DNA of 64,000 bases. It comes from Chrysomallon squamiferum (taxonomy: Eukaryota; Animalia; Mollusca). Positions 1 to 13,753 of the stretch are shown one piece after another. Numbering within the stretch: the stretch's first letter is position 1; the number at the start of each line of letters is the position of its first letter. The stretch is taken from NCBI GenBank assembly GCA_012295275.1, contig CM022671.1:19034001-19098000 (forward strand), read 5' to 3'. Under the pieces are notes generated by a model. The model saw nothing but the letters and a program-made list of their open reading frames with translations, did no database searches and was not told where the DNA came from. The position numbers were made by a program, and so were the translations under genes.

Positions 1-331
1 GTGGTACTTTTTATACAGAAATGACTGATGAAAATAATTAATGATTCAGAGAATAAGTATGATTAATTTGTTTACTAAAGACATTTTTTTTTTTTCCTCC
101 ATTGATTCCATTTTTTTAAACTTAATATATATACTCTGATATATTAGCTCAGTTAGGACATGGAATGCTCTGCATTTAATACTTTGTGCAGTAGTAAGAC
201 ATAACTGCTGAGTTTTTTATCATACATAAAACTATTGGAGATAGTAACTTCAAATTCTGGATGATCTAAACTTTTAGAAACCTTCAAAATGTAGCTTTTG
301 AGCTGTAAGGTGTCAAAATTTGACCCACCTG

Positions 332-376
332 ATGTATGTATGTATACATGTGTGTGTGTGTGTGTATGTATGTATA

Positions 377-407
<31 letters not shown>

Positions 408-445
408 GTGTATGTATGTATGTACACAAACACACACATACACAC
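332..445. repeat. (TATG)n/(TG)n compound microsatellite
   Basis: Directly visible tatg/tg/ta runs; explains the spurious HTHT/YIHT ORFs. Confidence 0.9.
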
Positions 446-494
446 AAACAACACTTGATCTAAACACGAACTGAAATCATAGTAGTAGTAGTAC

Positions 495-790
495 ATTTTT
501 CAATATTAATCATTTAACTTCCAAATATTTCAATTTTAACAGTTTAACTTGTAAAAGTTTCAAATGTAATTTTAAATTCTAAAAGTAGCTAAAATAACTA
601 TTTAACATGTAAACATTTCAATATTAACTATTTAATTTGTAAACACGTCACTGTAAACAGTTTAACTTGTAAAAGTTTCAAATGTAATTTTAAATTCTAA
701 AAGTAGCTAAAATAACTATTTAACATGTAAACATTTCGATATTAACTATTTAATTTGTAAACACGTCACTGTAAACAGTTTAACTTGTAA
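495..790. repeat. Minisatellite, 118-bp period built from ~29-30 bp subunits
   Basis: agtttaactt recurs at 541, 659 and 777. The two 118-bp copies are nearly identical, and subunits share tttaac(t/a)tgtaaa(c/a). Confidence 0.85.
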
Positions 791-2363
791 TAGTGATAAA
801 CAGTGATAATGAAGAACTTCAAGCTGTTATTAAACATGTTCCTGTCATGAAAACAGAACTCAGGTAAGGTGAGAGTTTATACCCATGAAATTCTTGCTTA
901 AACTAGCCACACCCACCTTATGCTCCTACTGTTGTAAGCACACCTATTTTGTCTGATGTATTAGCACTGATGATGTTGATAAGGTTTACAAAAATATGGA
1001 GAGTCTGACCTAAATATTATTAAATTAATGTTCAGGAAGTTAGCAAAGGACAAATATATATTTTTTTCTTCTTCGTCTTCTTCTTCTTTTTCTTTGAGAA
1101 TGAAAAAAAAAAGAGATGGCATTATTTCAACATTTATGATTCTGCCTAAAACTTAAAACCTCTTTCAGTTAATTAGTGTTCACAGATGTCATTAAAAATA
1201 ATTGCATAGTAAATTATTGTTTTAAATTCATTTTACTATACTGCATAATAGATGTTTAATAATATACATTAACTGCTTATTTAATTTTGGAAATTTAATT
1301 TTGTTCTTTTTTTTTTTTAGGATGGGGGAGTTTGTTTGTTTGTTTATTATGATAATAATGTTTTATTTTTAATTTCTAATTTTTTAATTGTTTAATTTTT
1401 TTTTTTAATTTTATCTCATTTTTGATTATTAATACTTCTTTCTTATTTTATACTTTTTAATTTTTTTATTTTATTTCAATTTATTGTTATTATTTTTTAA
1501 TTATTTAATTGGTGTTTTGGGGGGGTAAATTAATTTACATGTATTTATTTTTATTTTTATAAATATTTGGTTCTGTATTTAAATATGTGAGTTTTGAGAT
1601 CATCTAATCAATTAAATTGGAATTATCAGGAAGTGAAAGAAAGTGGAAATTATTCGTGTTGTTTTTATGATCATTTGGAAAAGGATAAATTATGTGTGTT
1701 GATACTTTTATCCTTTGTCTTATGGTTGTGAAGCTGTCATGGATTAGGAGGTGGATTTCTATGATGTTTAGAATATGTATAGATGAACAGATGTAAATAA
1801 TCATAAAAGTTTATTTAGAATAAAATGACAATATTGTTTCTGATGTCCAAAACAAATAAAGCAATATTGTGATGGCAAAAAATTGTTTTAGTTTTAATTT
1901 TCTTTTCTTGTTGTGTGTTTTGTTGTTGTTGTTGTTGTTTTATCTGTATGTGGCCTAAAGGTTTGAATTTATGTTCTTAATTTTAGATATGCTAAGACAA
2001 AATAAAAGTAGCTGCAGTTAACAGGTATCTGTTCAGTCACTATATATCCTTAATAATCAAATTTATATTATATACCATGGTGATGGTGATGTTTTTGTAG
2101 AGTCATGGTTGTTAACTGACACCTGATAAATATTAATTTTTAGTTAAACATTTTAAAATAAAAAAACAGACCTTCAAATTAAGTTGTTTCTCTTTGTTTT
2201 ATAGTATTTTTTTTTTATCTGCAGTCAGACCTGCAAATCTCAACATTTCATGGGAAACATGCATTTTGATCCTTTCTACCATACTCACATTTTGAAACTT
2301 TATAAAAATTTACATCATTCACAATTTGTAGTAACAATCAAAAACAAAGGAAAACAAATAAAA

Positions 2364-2399
<36 letters not shown>

Positions 2400-2504
2400 G
2401 GAAAGAAAGAAAGAAAGAAAGAAAAAAGAAAGAAAGAAAAGAAAGAAAATTAAAATAGTTTTTAAAAATAATAATAAAATAAAAAATATATATATAACAG
2501 TGTG

Positions 2505-3088
2505 GAAGAGGATTTCTGGTTACTTAAAAAATTTATATTCAGATTCTAAAGAACCCAGAAGACGGCTAAAATAATTACCATATTATCTCCTCATTTTGTG
2601 GTCTAAGGGTAATAACTCTATTTAGGTCTAATATAGACGTGATATAAAAAATGAGTTACTAATATGTTAAGAAAATTAAATGTGCGTGCGTGTGTGCATT
2701 TGTGTGTGTGTGAATGTGTGTGCGATACATAAATACCATATGTCATTCGCTTTACAGTCTAAGGGGAATAACTCTATTTAAGTGTAATATCTAATAAGAT
2801 GATAATAATAATAATAAATAATTAAATAAATGAATAAATAAAAAGAATAAATGAAAAGAATACCGAGCTAAAATCGAAGGAAAACCCCATTAATTTCAAA
2901 AACGCTGTATGGAAGACGTTTTCTGGTTAGTTGCTATGAAGTTTATATTCAGATACGAAGGAATCCAGAAAAACAAAAATAATTGCCATATATCTTTCAA
3001 TTTGTGGTCTAAGGGGAATAACTCTATTTAAGGGAATCTAATATATTTTGCTTTTAAATTTTAGAAAAGCTGTAACAATACAACAGCC

Positions 3089-3128
<40 letters not shown>

Positions 3129-3795
3129 TAAATAAATAAAATAATAACAAATAAAAAATAAGTAAATAATAAAAAGAATAAAAATTAATAAAGTAATGAA
3201 TTAGTAAATATAAAAATACAATAAAATTTTAAAAAAGAAAAACAAAGAAATATAAATTAACAAATAATGGAATAAATCAATAAGTATTAGTTAAATTTTT
3301 TATGTTATTTTTTTTTTGCAATATAATAAAACTTAGATATCTTGTTTGGGTTTTTTTTTTTTTTTTTTTCTGTTTCACGTTTCTCACTTTTTATTTAAAA
3401 AAAAACGTGATGACTCAGTCTTTCTAATTATATTAATAGTTAAATAGAGTTATTCCCCTTAGACCGCAAAGTAGGTAAATTATTTTGTTATTTGCTGTCG
3501 TCTGGCTTCCTTAGAATTTGAACGTATATTCTATAACAGCTAACATTCATTTATTAGTATTATTATTGTTGTTTTATGCATTTTTCCTTCGTTATTCATT
3601 TCGTTCGTATTCTTGAAAATTTTGTTTTCCTTAAAATTACTTGTTAGATATTACACTTAAATAGAGTTATTCCCCTTAGACCACAAACTGAGCGATATTG
3701 TATTTATTTATTTATTTATTTATTTATGTGCCTTCTGGATTCCTTAGAATTTAAATATAAATTATATAACAGCTAACCAAAAAATGTCTTTAACA
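2505..3795. mobile_element. Degenerate fold-back/MITE-like cluster (3 direct + 2 inverted copies of one motif)
   Basis: Core gtctaaggg(g/t)aataactctattta at 2601, 2757 and 3007. Its reverse complement taaatagagttattccccttagac is at 3440 and 3656. Flanking ~100 bp also match in inverted orientation. Confidence 0.6.
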
Positions 3796-4753
3796 TTGTT
3801 CTTTTTCAACATTTACTGTATTTGTGTGGGGTTTTTTTGTTGTTGTTGTTGTTGTTGTTGTTTTTGGTTTTGCTTTTGTTTTGGGGTTTTATTTTGTTAT
3901 GTGCGAGTGTCGTCTAAAGAATGCTCTTTTTCTATAATATTTTTCATGTATCTGTCGTAATAGGGTTTTCCTTCGTTTTTGGCTCGTTAGTAATTTTATT
4001 ATTTTTATTTTTTATTTACTATTATTTTTGCTCTTTTGTGATACCGATACAAATAAATAAATATTTAAAAAAAGTTTTAAAAAAAAAAAAAAAAAAAAAA
4101 TACAAATTCATCTTTTACATTAAATTAATTTATTCTGAAGATATTTATATTTCTGCAGTATATTCACAATTAAAAAACAGGAGGTGGAAAGTAGGAATTG
4201 ATGAAATGACACTGGTAATTTATTATTTTTTACAGTTTTCGCTACAACCTCCACTACCACTACCTTGTATGTAAAAATATATACAGCCCTCGAAATTTGC
4301 GTCAGCCATATTTGCCGCAGAAGCTTCGGCAAAGTTGTTTTATATGTTAGTCCAAATCTATATTCAATTTAAATTATTTTATCATATATTCAGTTTTTAT
4401 TGGATTTAAATGTTGTGTTTTAGTACATTTTCAGTGTAGTGAATAATGAAGGTTTTTTTTACTTTGTTTGTTGATGGGGTTGTTGTTTTTAGCAGCATTT
4501 TCCTTTCGTTAAAATTGCTGTCACTGTGCTGTTGCGAAATTAATTGCGATCATATATAATTGGTGTTAGCAAAGTGTTCAAGGGCTGTGTATAAATCATC
4601 ATAGTTACCCTGTTAAATAATTATTTCCATTTTAGAGAATATCCATAAATCGTAATAATCACATCTGTTTTCCTGATAATTTATTTTAAATTTCCTTTGC
4701 ATTTTGTCTCCCTGTTTTATTTAGGCATTTCCATCGTTATTAAACTATAATGT

Positions 4754-5553
4754 TTATTCAAATTCAATGTCAGGTCTTTCCAAGGAATCCAGAAATTCAT
4801 TACATGTTCTAACGAGAATTTCTCGATTTTGAAAACGTGCGAGTTCATTGTTTCCTGGAAAAGCGTAACTTTCGGGCAACAGAAGCAGCTTCTGCAGGGA
4901 CGGAATGTTGGCACAGTCTTCAAGAATTGTCTTTATATCCTCAATGGGAGCCGGAGTAAAGGGCTGAATTCCAAGGATTTTCAAAGAAGGGCAATCCAAA
5001 CATTTCCTCACTATTTGCTTTATACCTATCTCAGAAAAGCAGCAATACGACATGGAGAAACATATTATCTGAGGCAGACGCTGAATCAAAGACGCGGCTA
5101 AAAAAACAAGATTCTTGAGATTATTTCGACTGAGATTTAGTTCGTTCAGGCCAGAAAGAGGCTCCCACTGAAGCAAGAACTGTATGTCTTCCATGCTTAG
5201 GCGGCAATCACGAAGGTTCAAGTAGATTATTGGAAGGTCAAGGCCGTTTAGCAGAAGGTCGAGATTATCGCGCAGATTGCAAGACCAGAAGTTCAGCTTT
5301 CGTAGATGACTCAGTTGCTGCAACACATGGTTGAGTTCGAAAGCAGCGTTGCTATGAGTATTCACATGAATGGTATTTGGTAGACTTAAAGCCTCTATAT
5401 TTGGCATCAGAAGCAGTGCTTCAAGCAAGCCGTCGAATTTGTTCAGATCTGAACAAAGATTCTCATCGGTGACTTCTAGATGTGATATGTACTGTAAAAA
5501 ACACAACCGATTTGTTGAAGTACAACCGATTTTAATGAATAAAATATAAAATT

Positions 5554-5632
<79 letters not shown>

Positions 5633-6602
5633 AAGCGAAAAGCAGAAGTAGAAGAAGAAGAAACGTTCAGTTTAGTTGGCACACCTACCCGAGGATCGAG
5701 AACATTTGGAATAATTTTGGTAGGCAGACTGACTTCAGGGATGGGTTCTGTCCACAGACGTTTGCAAACAAACGTGAAGGGAGTGACGTGCTGCAGCACT
5801 AGTCCGATGGGTACGTCATCCAGTGTTACTTTACAGTCGAGGACGATAGTAACTGGTCCTGTGTAAAATAACAATAATAATAGTAATAACAACAATATAA
5901 CTGTTTTTAAACAATAAAAAACAATAATAATAGTAATAATAAATAAATAAATAAGTTAATTAATAATGTTAAGAACAAATAAATTAAAAAGATTATTTTT
6001 TTAAAATAAAACAAAATCCCAAATTACGATGTTATTTAGACGAAGTACTAGCTATTTTTGATAGCTTTTAATGGTTTTTAAATATAAAAGAACGAAAAAA
6101 GTTGCGAAGAGAAAAATAACAAAATAAACAAAATACAAAAAAAAATAAAATAATAATTACAAATTACTGAGTACATTTTTATACACCAATTATTTTACTT
6201 AACGTCTTCACTAATAACTAAATAAACTGATAATAAACAGAAACAGAACAGCAGTTGTTTTTCTCCTCCACTGGTCCATGTAGTGACATGCGGGCTGCGT
6301 GGTTAATACTTCTTATTACCTATTTTGTTTCCGTGTCTAATGCAGGGGTCAATAAGTGAGTAAATACAAGCGATGCGGTTCAGATAGCGCTGCACTTTGT
6401 CCCGGCCAATACCTGAAGAAAAATTACTATCGATTCATCAGTGACGACATTTTAAACAAAACAAAAATGTTGAAATCAGACCCGCACACTTAAAGGTTCC
6501 ATGTACAATAACAGAAATAATCAACATAAGTACGGGTAATAAACCATGTGTGTGTGTGTGTGTTTATGTCTGTCTGTCAGTCTGTATGTATGTATGTCCG
6601 TA

Positions 6603-6645
<43 letters not shown>

Positions 6646-7630
6646 ACAAAGAATATTTTTAAAAAAAAAGAAATGTGGTTTTTTTTAAACTTACCGATAG
6701 TTTTTCTAAGGAGACTGTGTACATACCCCACTTGTCGATCAGAAGGAGTCAACCAGAGAATTGGTAACCGAGATAATTCACGACAAAGTTTTCTGTCTGA
6801 AATACGTTTACAAACAACAAAGACATCGTCATCACTTACTTCTTGTTTGCATTCTTAATTTTGTTTGGACTTTTAATGTAGCTTGTATATAATATTAAAT
6901 AAATAATTTAAAAACAATTTAATAATAATAATAATAAAAAGAAGATGAAAATCTGTAATCAGAAAAAAAGAAAGACTTATTCATTTATTATATTTATTGT
7001 TATTCTTTTTTCTTCTCCTTTTTTCTCTCTCCATTTTTTTATTTATTTTCATTATTATTCATTTTTTTTTTTTTTGATACTGCTAGCGAATACTGTTTAA
7101 TTTTTATATAATTTATAAATTACTGACAGCTTATGCCCTAAGAACAAACCTTTTTTTTTTTCCTCTAATCTTTCGTCTTGTTATTCATATAAAATGACCA
7201 TACCCGATAACTGATTGAAAATGAGTACGAACTATAAATAATAAATATTATTCTAACCATTCTTAAATCCCGTGAAGTTGATCAGTTTTAGTTTTGCGTG
7301 AGGTTTCAGTGTCAACAGTCCTAACATGAAACTGTCGACAAGGGACGTGCTGCCTTGACCTTCAACGGGCATCGTCAGATAGTTCTGAGGCAAAACGTCT
7401 TCGAGCGGCAAAACACTCTGAACATCGAGAATCTTCTGCGGCCACGTGGACACCAGATATGTAATAGTCTGCAGTTCTCTCTGAAAGATAGCCTCTGTGA
7501 GAAGGGAGGGGTAGAGATCGAAGGGAACCTCGTTAAATTTAAACTTCTGCATACGTAAAGGATTTGTTACTAGTTTCTTCATGCATAGTTGATTGAGATG
7601 TCTGAAAGAAGAATATTATAATTATTGTTT

Positions 7631-7662
<32 letters not shown>

Positions 7663-8698
7663 CTATTAATTTTTTGGGGGGGATTGTTATTGTTTTTTTG
7701 TTTATGTTTTCTTTTGGTTTTGTGTTTTTGTGTTTTTGTATGTATTGGTCTTTATTATTTGGTTGTTCTTTATTTATTTTATTATTATTTATTTTTATAT
7801 TTATTTATTGTTTTATTATTGCCAGTTTTTATTATTCTGTGTGTATTTCTGTTTCTATTTGTTTTTGTGTGTATTTTCTTCATTTACTTTTCATTATTAT
7901 TTCACTATCCCTTTCTTTTTTCACAGAATTTTTTTTATTTATTTATTTATTTTTTTAATGTATTTAACAGTTAGAAGAATTCACAAGATTTGCCAATTTA
8001 ACTTAATTGCAGTCAGTTGGCAAGTCTTATAGAAACAAATTATATTTTTGGAAAAAGTTATTAATTATTTTTTTTTCTTCTTTCTGATGAGCACAAGAAC
8101 GTAACGATCTCTGTACAGATCATTGTGAAAGCTGATCTTCAGTCGATTTGTAAAGGTTAACAGTCACGAAAGCCTTGATGTGCAAGTGAGGATGAGTGTT
8201 TATAGGTTACAGTAAATAGTGTGATGATCTATGTATGAGTTTTAACGTATATTTCAGAAACAAACATTAAACTAATTTAGTAAATTTTATTTTAATTAAT
8301 ATTATTATATATAAAACGTAGGCATCCCATTTCGTAATATTTGAGTTAAAAATATATACAATTTTTCAAAGAATTTACCAGATGTTATGTGTGGGGGTGT
8401 GTATATGATGCGTAGGAACATGCGTGCGTTTATCTGTGTGAGTGTTTTGTGGATGTGTGTGTCTGTGTGGGTGTACGACGTGAAATTATTTAAAGATGTA
8501 ATCATAAACTAACCTTGGTGAACAAATGACGTCACCGTTGATGTTTTTCCTACAGTAGAGCCGTCCGTGTGAATCTCTCAGTAAGTTGTAGATGAAATGG
8601 GACTCAGTCAGCCACAGCGGGTGTCTGTGCAGAATTTCATCGTCGTTGAAGTTCTTGTGTTTGTAGTCGACATCGTCCATTATGTCAGTCAGAGCCAT
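4754..8698 (-). CDS. LRRC14/PRAME-like leucine-rich repeat protein, 6 coding exons, ~543 aa
   Basis: Exons 8698-8514, 7601-7258, 6796-6695, 6412-6320, 5858-5689, 5491-4754, all GT-AG, total 1632 nt in frame. N-terminal BC-box/Cul2-box-like segment (SPRHLNQLCMKKL...VPFDLYPSLL; YLVSTWP), and C-terminal RI-like LRRs (LRKLNFWSCNL, YLNLRDCRL, LNELNLSRNNL). Confidence 0.85.
5555..5630. repeat. (CT)n(CA)n microsatellite in an intron of the LRR gene
   Basis: Directly visible. Confidence 0.95.
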
Positions 8699-8888
8699 TG
8701 TGTAAGCGCTAAAGAAGTAAAAGAAAATTTGCCAGTTACAAACATATGTGGTCTGACCTTTAACTGTGGAATATTGTGTTTCGCTGAATTTCACTTGTTC
8801 GTCTGTTTCCTGTAAGAACGTGTATATGTGTATATGGGGTGGGGGTAATATAGTTCAAATATTCGTAGGCTACCAGATGTACAATATA

Positions 8889-9161
8889 CAGTGGTGTGCA
8901 GCAGAGGGGGCCGAAGGGGCTGAGGCCACGGATATTCAAACTGGGGTGGGGGGCATCCAAATTAGAAAATGACTTAATAAATTTGGTTGATTTATATTTA
9001 AATCGAACAATGTGTTTATTTTATGTTTCACCTTTTCGTTTACGTTTTCAAAATATCTTCCTTTCTCATAATATTTCTCAGTACTAGTCTTTATACTTGA
9101 ATCTTTGGGGCACACAATCAAGGAGCTGGCCCGGGCATCACCAGACCTCTGCATGCCACTG
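8889..9161. mobile_element. Non-autonomous hAT-type MITE with 8-bp target site duplication
   Basis: Termini CAGTGGTGTGCAG...CTGCATGCCACTG form an imperfect TIR starting CAG. Identical 8-mer ACAATATA at 8881-8888 and 9162-9169. Second copy at 27724-27982. Confidence 0.85.
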
Positions 9162-10402
9162 ACAATATAAGAACACCACCACCATCGACAACAACGACAA
9201 TAATATCAATAATGTTCTTTATTACAAATTTCTCAGTAGCAAAACGATCATCTTAAGTAAAGGATAAAAATATAGCTGTTTGACAGTTTCTTTTAACTGG
9301 GCCTTGAATTTATTTTTTTGTTTCCTTTAAAAGACGACAAACAAACACAATTAATTAAAACCGAATCAAACTGCACCATTCTGTATTTTCCCTTCTGTTT
9401 TCGAATACCAGCAGGCGTCATATAGTTGTACAGAGAGATGTACGACTGTATTTTTCTGGCACGTAAGGCTACGAGATACAAGATAACCTATTCTGATTAG
9501 TATATTCTCAAATTACCGTTCTTTTCTATTTACGTTACCATAAACTGATTTGTCATTTGTCTTGTTTTCTAGATTTACCTAACAGCATCCATCCGTCCAT
9601 GCAGACTGTGATTTACAATATTTGTGTACGGGAACAATTCTGTTTATTTACGCGTTACGAGCTGACTACATCCAGCACGCCTCTAGGTTACTCAGTATCA
9701 CGGCGGTTGTGGTTGTTTTTGGGGAGGTAGAATACCCGTACAGGTCAGTCAGTCAGTCAGAATATACACGTACACTCCGATTCTCATTTGTATTAAAATA
9801 TATTAAAATATATATATATAAAACAATAACAACAACTTCAAAAGAATAATAATAATATGAAGAAAAGGACACTTTGATCACTAATTTTATATAACGCATC
9901 TGTTTTAATACGCCCACATTCTGTTGATATTATTATCTTTGCCAGTGGCCGTGCATTCGCCATCTTCGTCATAACTTGGCAAGCGCTCGCATACTCGTTT
10001 TATTAACACGTATCCTGAATAACCAGATGTCAATAGGGACGAAAAGTTACAGTAAAACGTTTTAATTCTATATTATTATTATAAATGTTGCTGTTGCATA
10101 ATACATTTCTTCTTCTTTTCTGATTTTTGAAAATAAATAAATAAAAATAAATGAAATAAATAAAAATGTTTTTTTTTTTTCTAAATAAAATAAAATAAAA
10201 CCATATATTTGTCGGCGCTGTAAATGGCAAGAATTAGAAATGAAATAAATTTCATTTCTTATGTATACATAAATGAGTGTCACGCAGTATCCAGACTGTA
10301 TTAGATTTTGATATGTATCTGAACAATGTAAACATTAAGCATTCTTACTGACAGTACACATCACTTTATAAATGTCCCAGTATAAAATAACTTATTATTA
10401 TT

Positions 10403-10441
<39 letters not shown>

Positions 10442-11921
10442 AAATGAAACAATATTCGATACGATAAATTATTAACAGAACAGTTTGTAACAATTAAACT
10501 GGATAAAAGAAATTAACGTCGGATTTAATATAATAAAAATGTCTTCAGCATTTTTGAAGTACAAGGTTAATCTATGTCTCAAAAAAATAAATAAATAAAT
10601 AAATAAATAAATAAAATAAAAAGTAATAATAATAATAAGCTTTAAGATCATCCGAGCGACTGAAATCACAATCATATGAGCCGAGACAATAAATACAGAT
10701 GCATTACTATATTTTTATTGTTTTGATTCCTTGTTTACTAAAACTTTTGTGTCGACTGAAAAAGAGCTATGTCTCTGTGTATTTGTTTACATGTTCATTG
10801 ACAAAACATCGCTCTGTAGACAATTTAACACTAAATCTGTTTTAATTAAATACACCTTAAAAAGCAAATGGTCTTATGTGTTTTATATTTCAGAACAAAG
10901 AAAGTGTTACTAACTGCTGCTATTTGAAAATGCAACTTACCTTTACTGTTATCTTTGTCTTTCTTCGAAAAAATAAACCTGCGCAGTTGATATATATGTG
11001 TGTAAGAGCGTGTGCTGGTACATACTCGTTGTACCAATATAGAACATGTCGGCTGCCAATTGCTATGGATACTGGAAAACGTGTATTTACTTTTTCCCAG
11101 TATTAAATTACGGTTGTTTTCGTTCTGTTCCTTGCAGGGTAAAGACGTTCTCACGAAAAGTGCACGTTTTGAAGCCTTAAGCGTAGGCCTACATAGGTGG
11201 GTGTGGTCGACAGACGTAAACTACAGGCTGTAGATGAAGGGAAGGAAAGGATATACAATAGTATAGTTTAACTAACACAAGTTAGATGGTGAAAACAAAA
11301 ACAATGAGTGAAGTGTCAGTAACCGTTCACAGTTAATAAAAGCTGGTATTTTGTCTCTGAGGTTTCACAAAAACCTGGCAGTGTCTGAAGTGTAAGGCGG
11401 ATATATTTAGCTTATCTATATCATACATAATTGTATACGATCTATCGTCAGTTATGGCATAGTGACATTTTTGGTTTTTCTTTTCTTTTTTTTTTTTTAA
11501 AACCATCTTTTGTCTAAAATGACATATAGTCAAATTTATTTTATTTTTAAAAAAATTTCTTCACATATATTATTATTTAAAAATTATTATTATATGTTTA
11601 TTCTTCTTTACTTGGTATTTCGTGTGCTTTTTCTTTAAAAGAAAGGAAGAAATAAATAGTAGTATCCATTATGTGATGCGGCACATTTATTTTCCCTTTA
11701 CTTCATTTCGAATAAATGTATTTTAAAAGACCAGATATGAAAACACTGAAACAGTTTTCTGTTTTGCGATGAATTTATTCTCTCACAGTTTAATGCCAAA
11801 TATAATAATATATTAATATTAATAAATAAAACGTGTGTATTAATTAAATTAACAAAATTAATTAATTTAACAAAATTAACTCATATTTTACGAAAAACTC
11901 TCTACAGAGATAAAGAAAGAA

Positions 11922-12033
<112 letters not shown>

Positions 12034-13437
12034 AACACAATGACAATGAAAATACAGTCTCTTAACGAAATAATTAACTGTTATTTTTCAAACAGACGCT
12101 GTTTGATAGATATTAGAACAAATTCAAAACAAACATGATTAGATCTTTGCGCCACTGTTACACTAATTAATCGCTGCGTCAGAACGTTGCTTGATCTTCT
12201 CCACATAGCTCCTTCTCTTACTAAGCACGGAAACCAGATCCGCATTAACCCTTCAAACAAACTAAACACATCAGCGATCACCAAACAAAAACAAACACAG
12301 CCCATACGGCCCATACGCTGTTCCCGGGGGTCGCATGTAGCGGTCACCTCCCTGGCCGGATTAAACTTGAAACCGAAACAAAAAAAAACGAGTTACTGCT
12401 TACAGCCTCACAGTCAGAATGGAACTTTAATTTTAGTTCAGTTATTACAAAACATTATTCTCTGTTAACTGATTAAACAGGTCCTCTAACGTTTCCAACA
12501 GCCTAATCACGTCCTAATCACATCAAAATCTGGTCATCTTCCAGTTATTTGGAGATCTTTTCTATATCGCCGACAGATTTATATTTTTGTGTATCTTGGA
12601 AGTATTATATACTTTAATTACCAGTACCTCCCCTTTTCATGCAGGCCCGTTCTGGAACCATTCCTGCAGACGTGACTTGATCAGATATTTAACAGTGACG
12701 TACAATACCTAAAATTGGTTTGTCTTTTCATTGTCTCGTTCAAGACTCTACGGAATATCGTACGCGTGTCTTTTAGTTAAACCCTTGTTGAACGTACGGT
12801 GAACTTCTCGTTAAATATCAGTGAGATGGCTAATACGAAATACAAACATATCATGAGTACAAATGTTAGCAGAACGAATTTTAATCCTCATGCATTAACT
12901 GTTTTTATAATGGTAATTTATTAATTTTGTTTTACTTTAATAGCAGTATTTCTTCTGTGTAATAATTAAAATAATATTTTTTTTTAAAGACAGAAAAAAA
13001 TCAATAAAATAACTAACAATACTACTACTAATAAATAACAGTGATAGTAACAGTAATAGTAATAATAATAATAATTAGGAAAAATAAATTAATAATAATA
13101 ATGATGATGATGACGATGGTGATATATAATAAAGTTCCTCCGATTTAAAAAAAAAATGCAACCAGTATATTTAGATTTCATTCAAAATAATTTATGTGTT
13201 TTCCATAGTGGAAACGATTATTTCCTCAGTTGATAATGTAACATAAAAATGAACTAAAATCTCATGAATAATCTTTGAGTATATGAAATAACTACTGCAA
13301 ATATGAATTTCCTGTCTTTCTTTCTTTCTCTCTGTGTATGTGTGTATGTGTGTGTGTGTGTGTGTGTCTGTGCGTTTTATATTTATTTATTTATTTATTT
13401 ATTAGTACTTTAATACCTACAAGGTAACCAGCGATAT

Positions 13438-13546
13438 GAATTCGTATTAACCTCGATCGCTAGAGCCTTTCAAGTGGGTTACTTGACACATAGGATCGAA
13501 CCTTCTTAGTGGACCCATTGGTGTTTGTTTTGTTTTTTGTTGGTTT

Positions 13547-13608
<62 letters not shown>

Positions 13609-13753
13609 CAGTGGAGGCATTGAAGATGAATTCTATTTTGCATGAAATTTTTTATTTTATAATTATATTATATTTTTAAAGAAATATTTTACACAAGACC
13701 ATCTACTTTTAACATAATCAATCTTTTGTCTTCAAAAAATATAAAAATTTTAA
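13438..13753 (+). repeat. Left arm of inverted repeat flanking the BH3 ORF (contains degenerate tRNA/SINE-like head and (TG)n)
   Basis: Reverse complement of 15259-15651 (e.g. acagtggaggcattgaagatgaattctattttgcatg vs catgcaaaatagaattcatcttcaatgcctccactgt). B-box-like ggatcgaacc near 13495. Confidence 0.85.

Noticed and set aside
7593-8032. Three overlapping hydrophobic F/L/Y-rich ORFs on the + strand
   Set aside because: T-rich low-complexity intron of the minus-strand LRR gene.
12081-12468. Overlapping 88-93 aa ORFs on both strands
   Set aside because: No recognisable motif, non-ATG or weak starts, and no consistent splice partners.
13450-13520. tRNA-like A/B-box sequence (ggatcgaacc / ggttcgatcc)
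   Set aside because: No cloverleaf or acceptor stem can be drawn; treated as a degenerate SINE head within the inverted repeat, not a tRNA gene.
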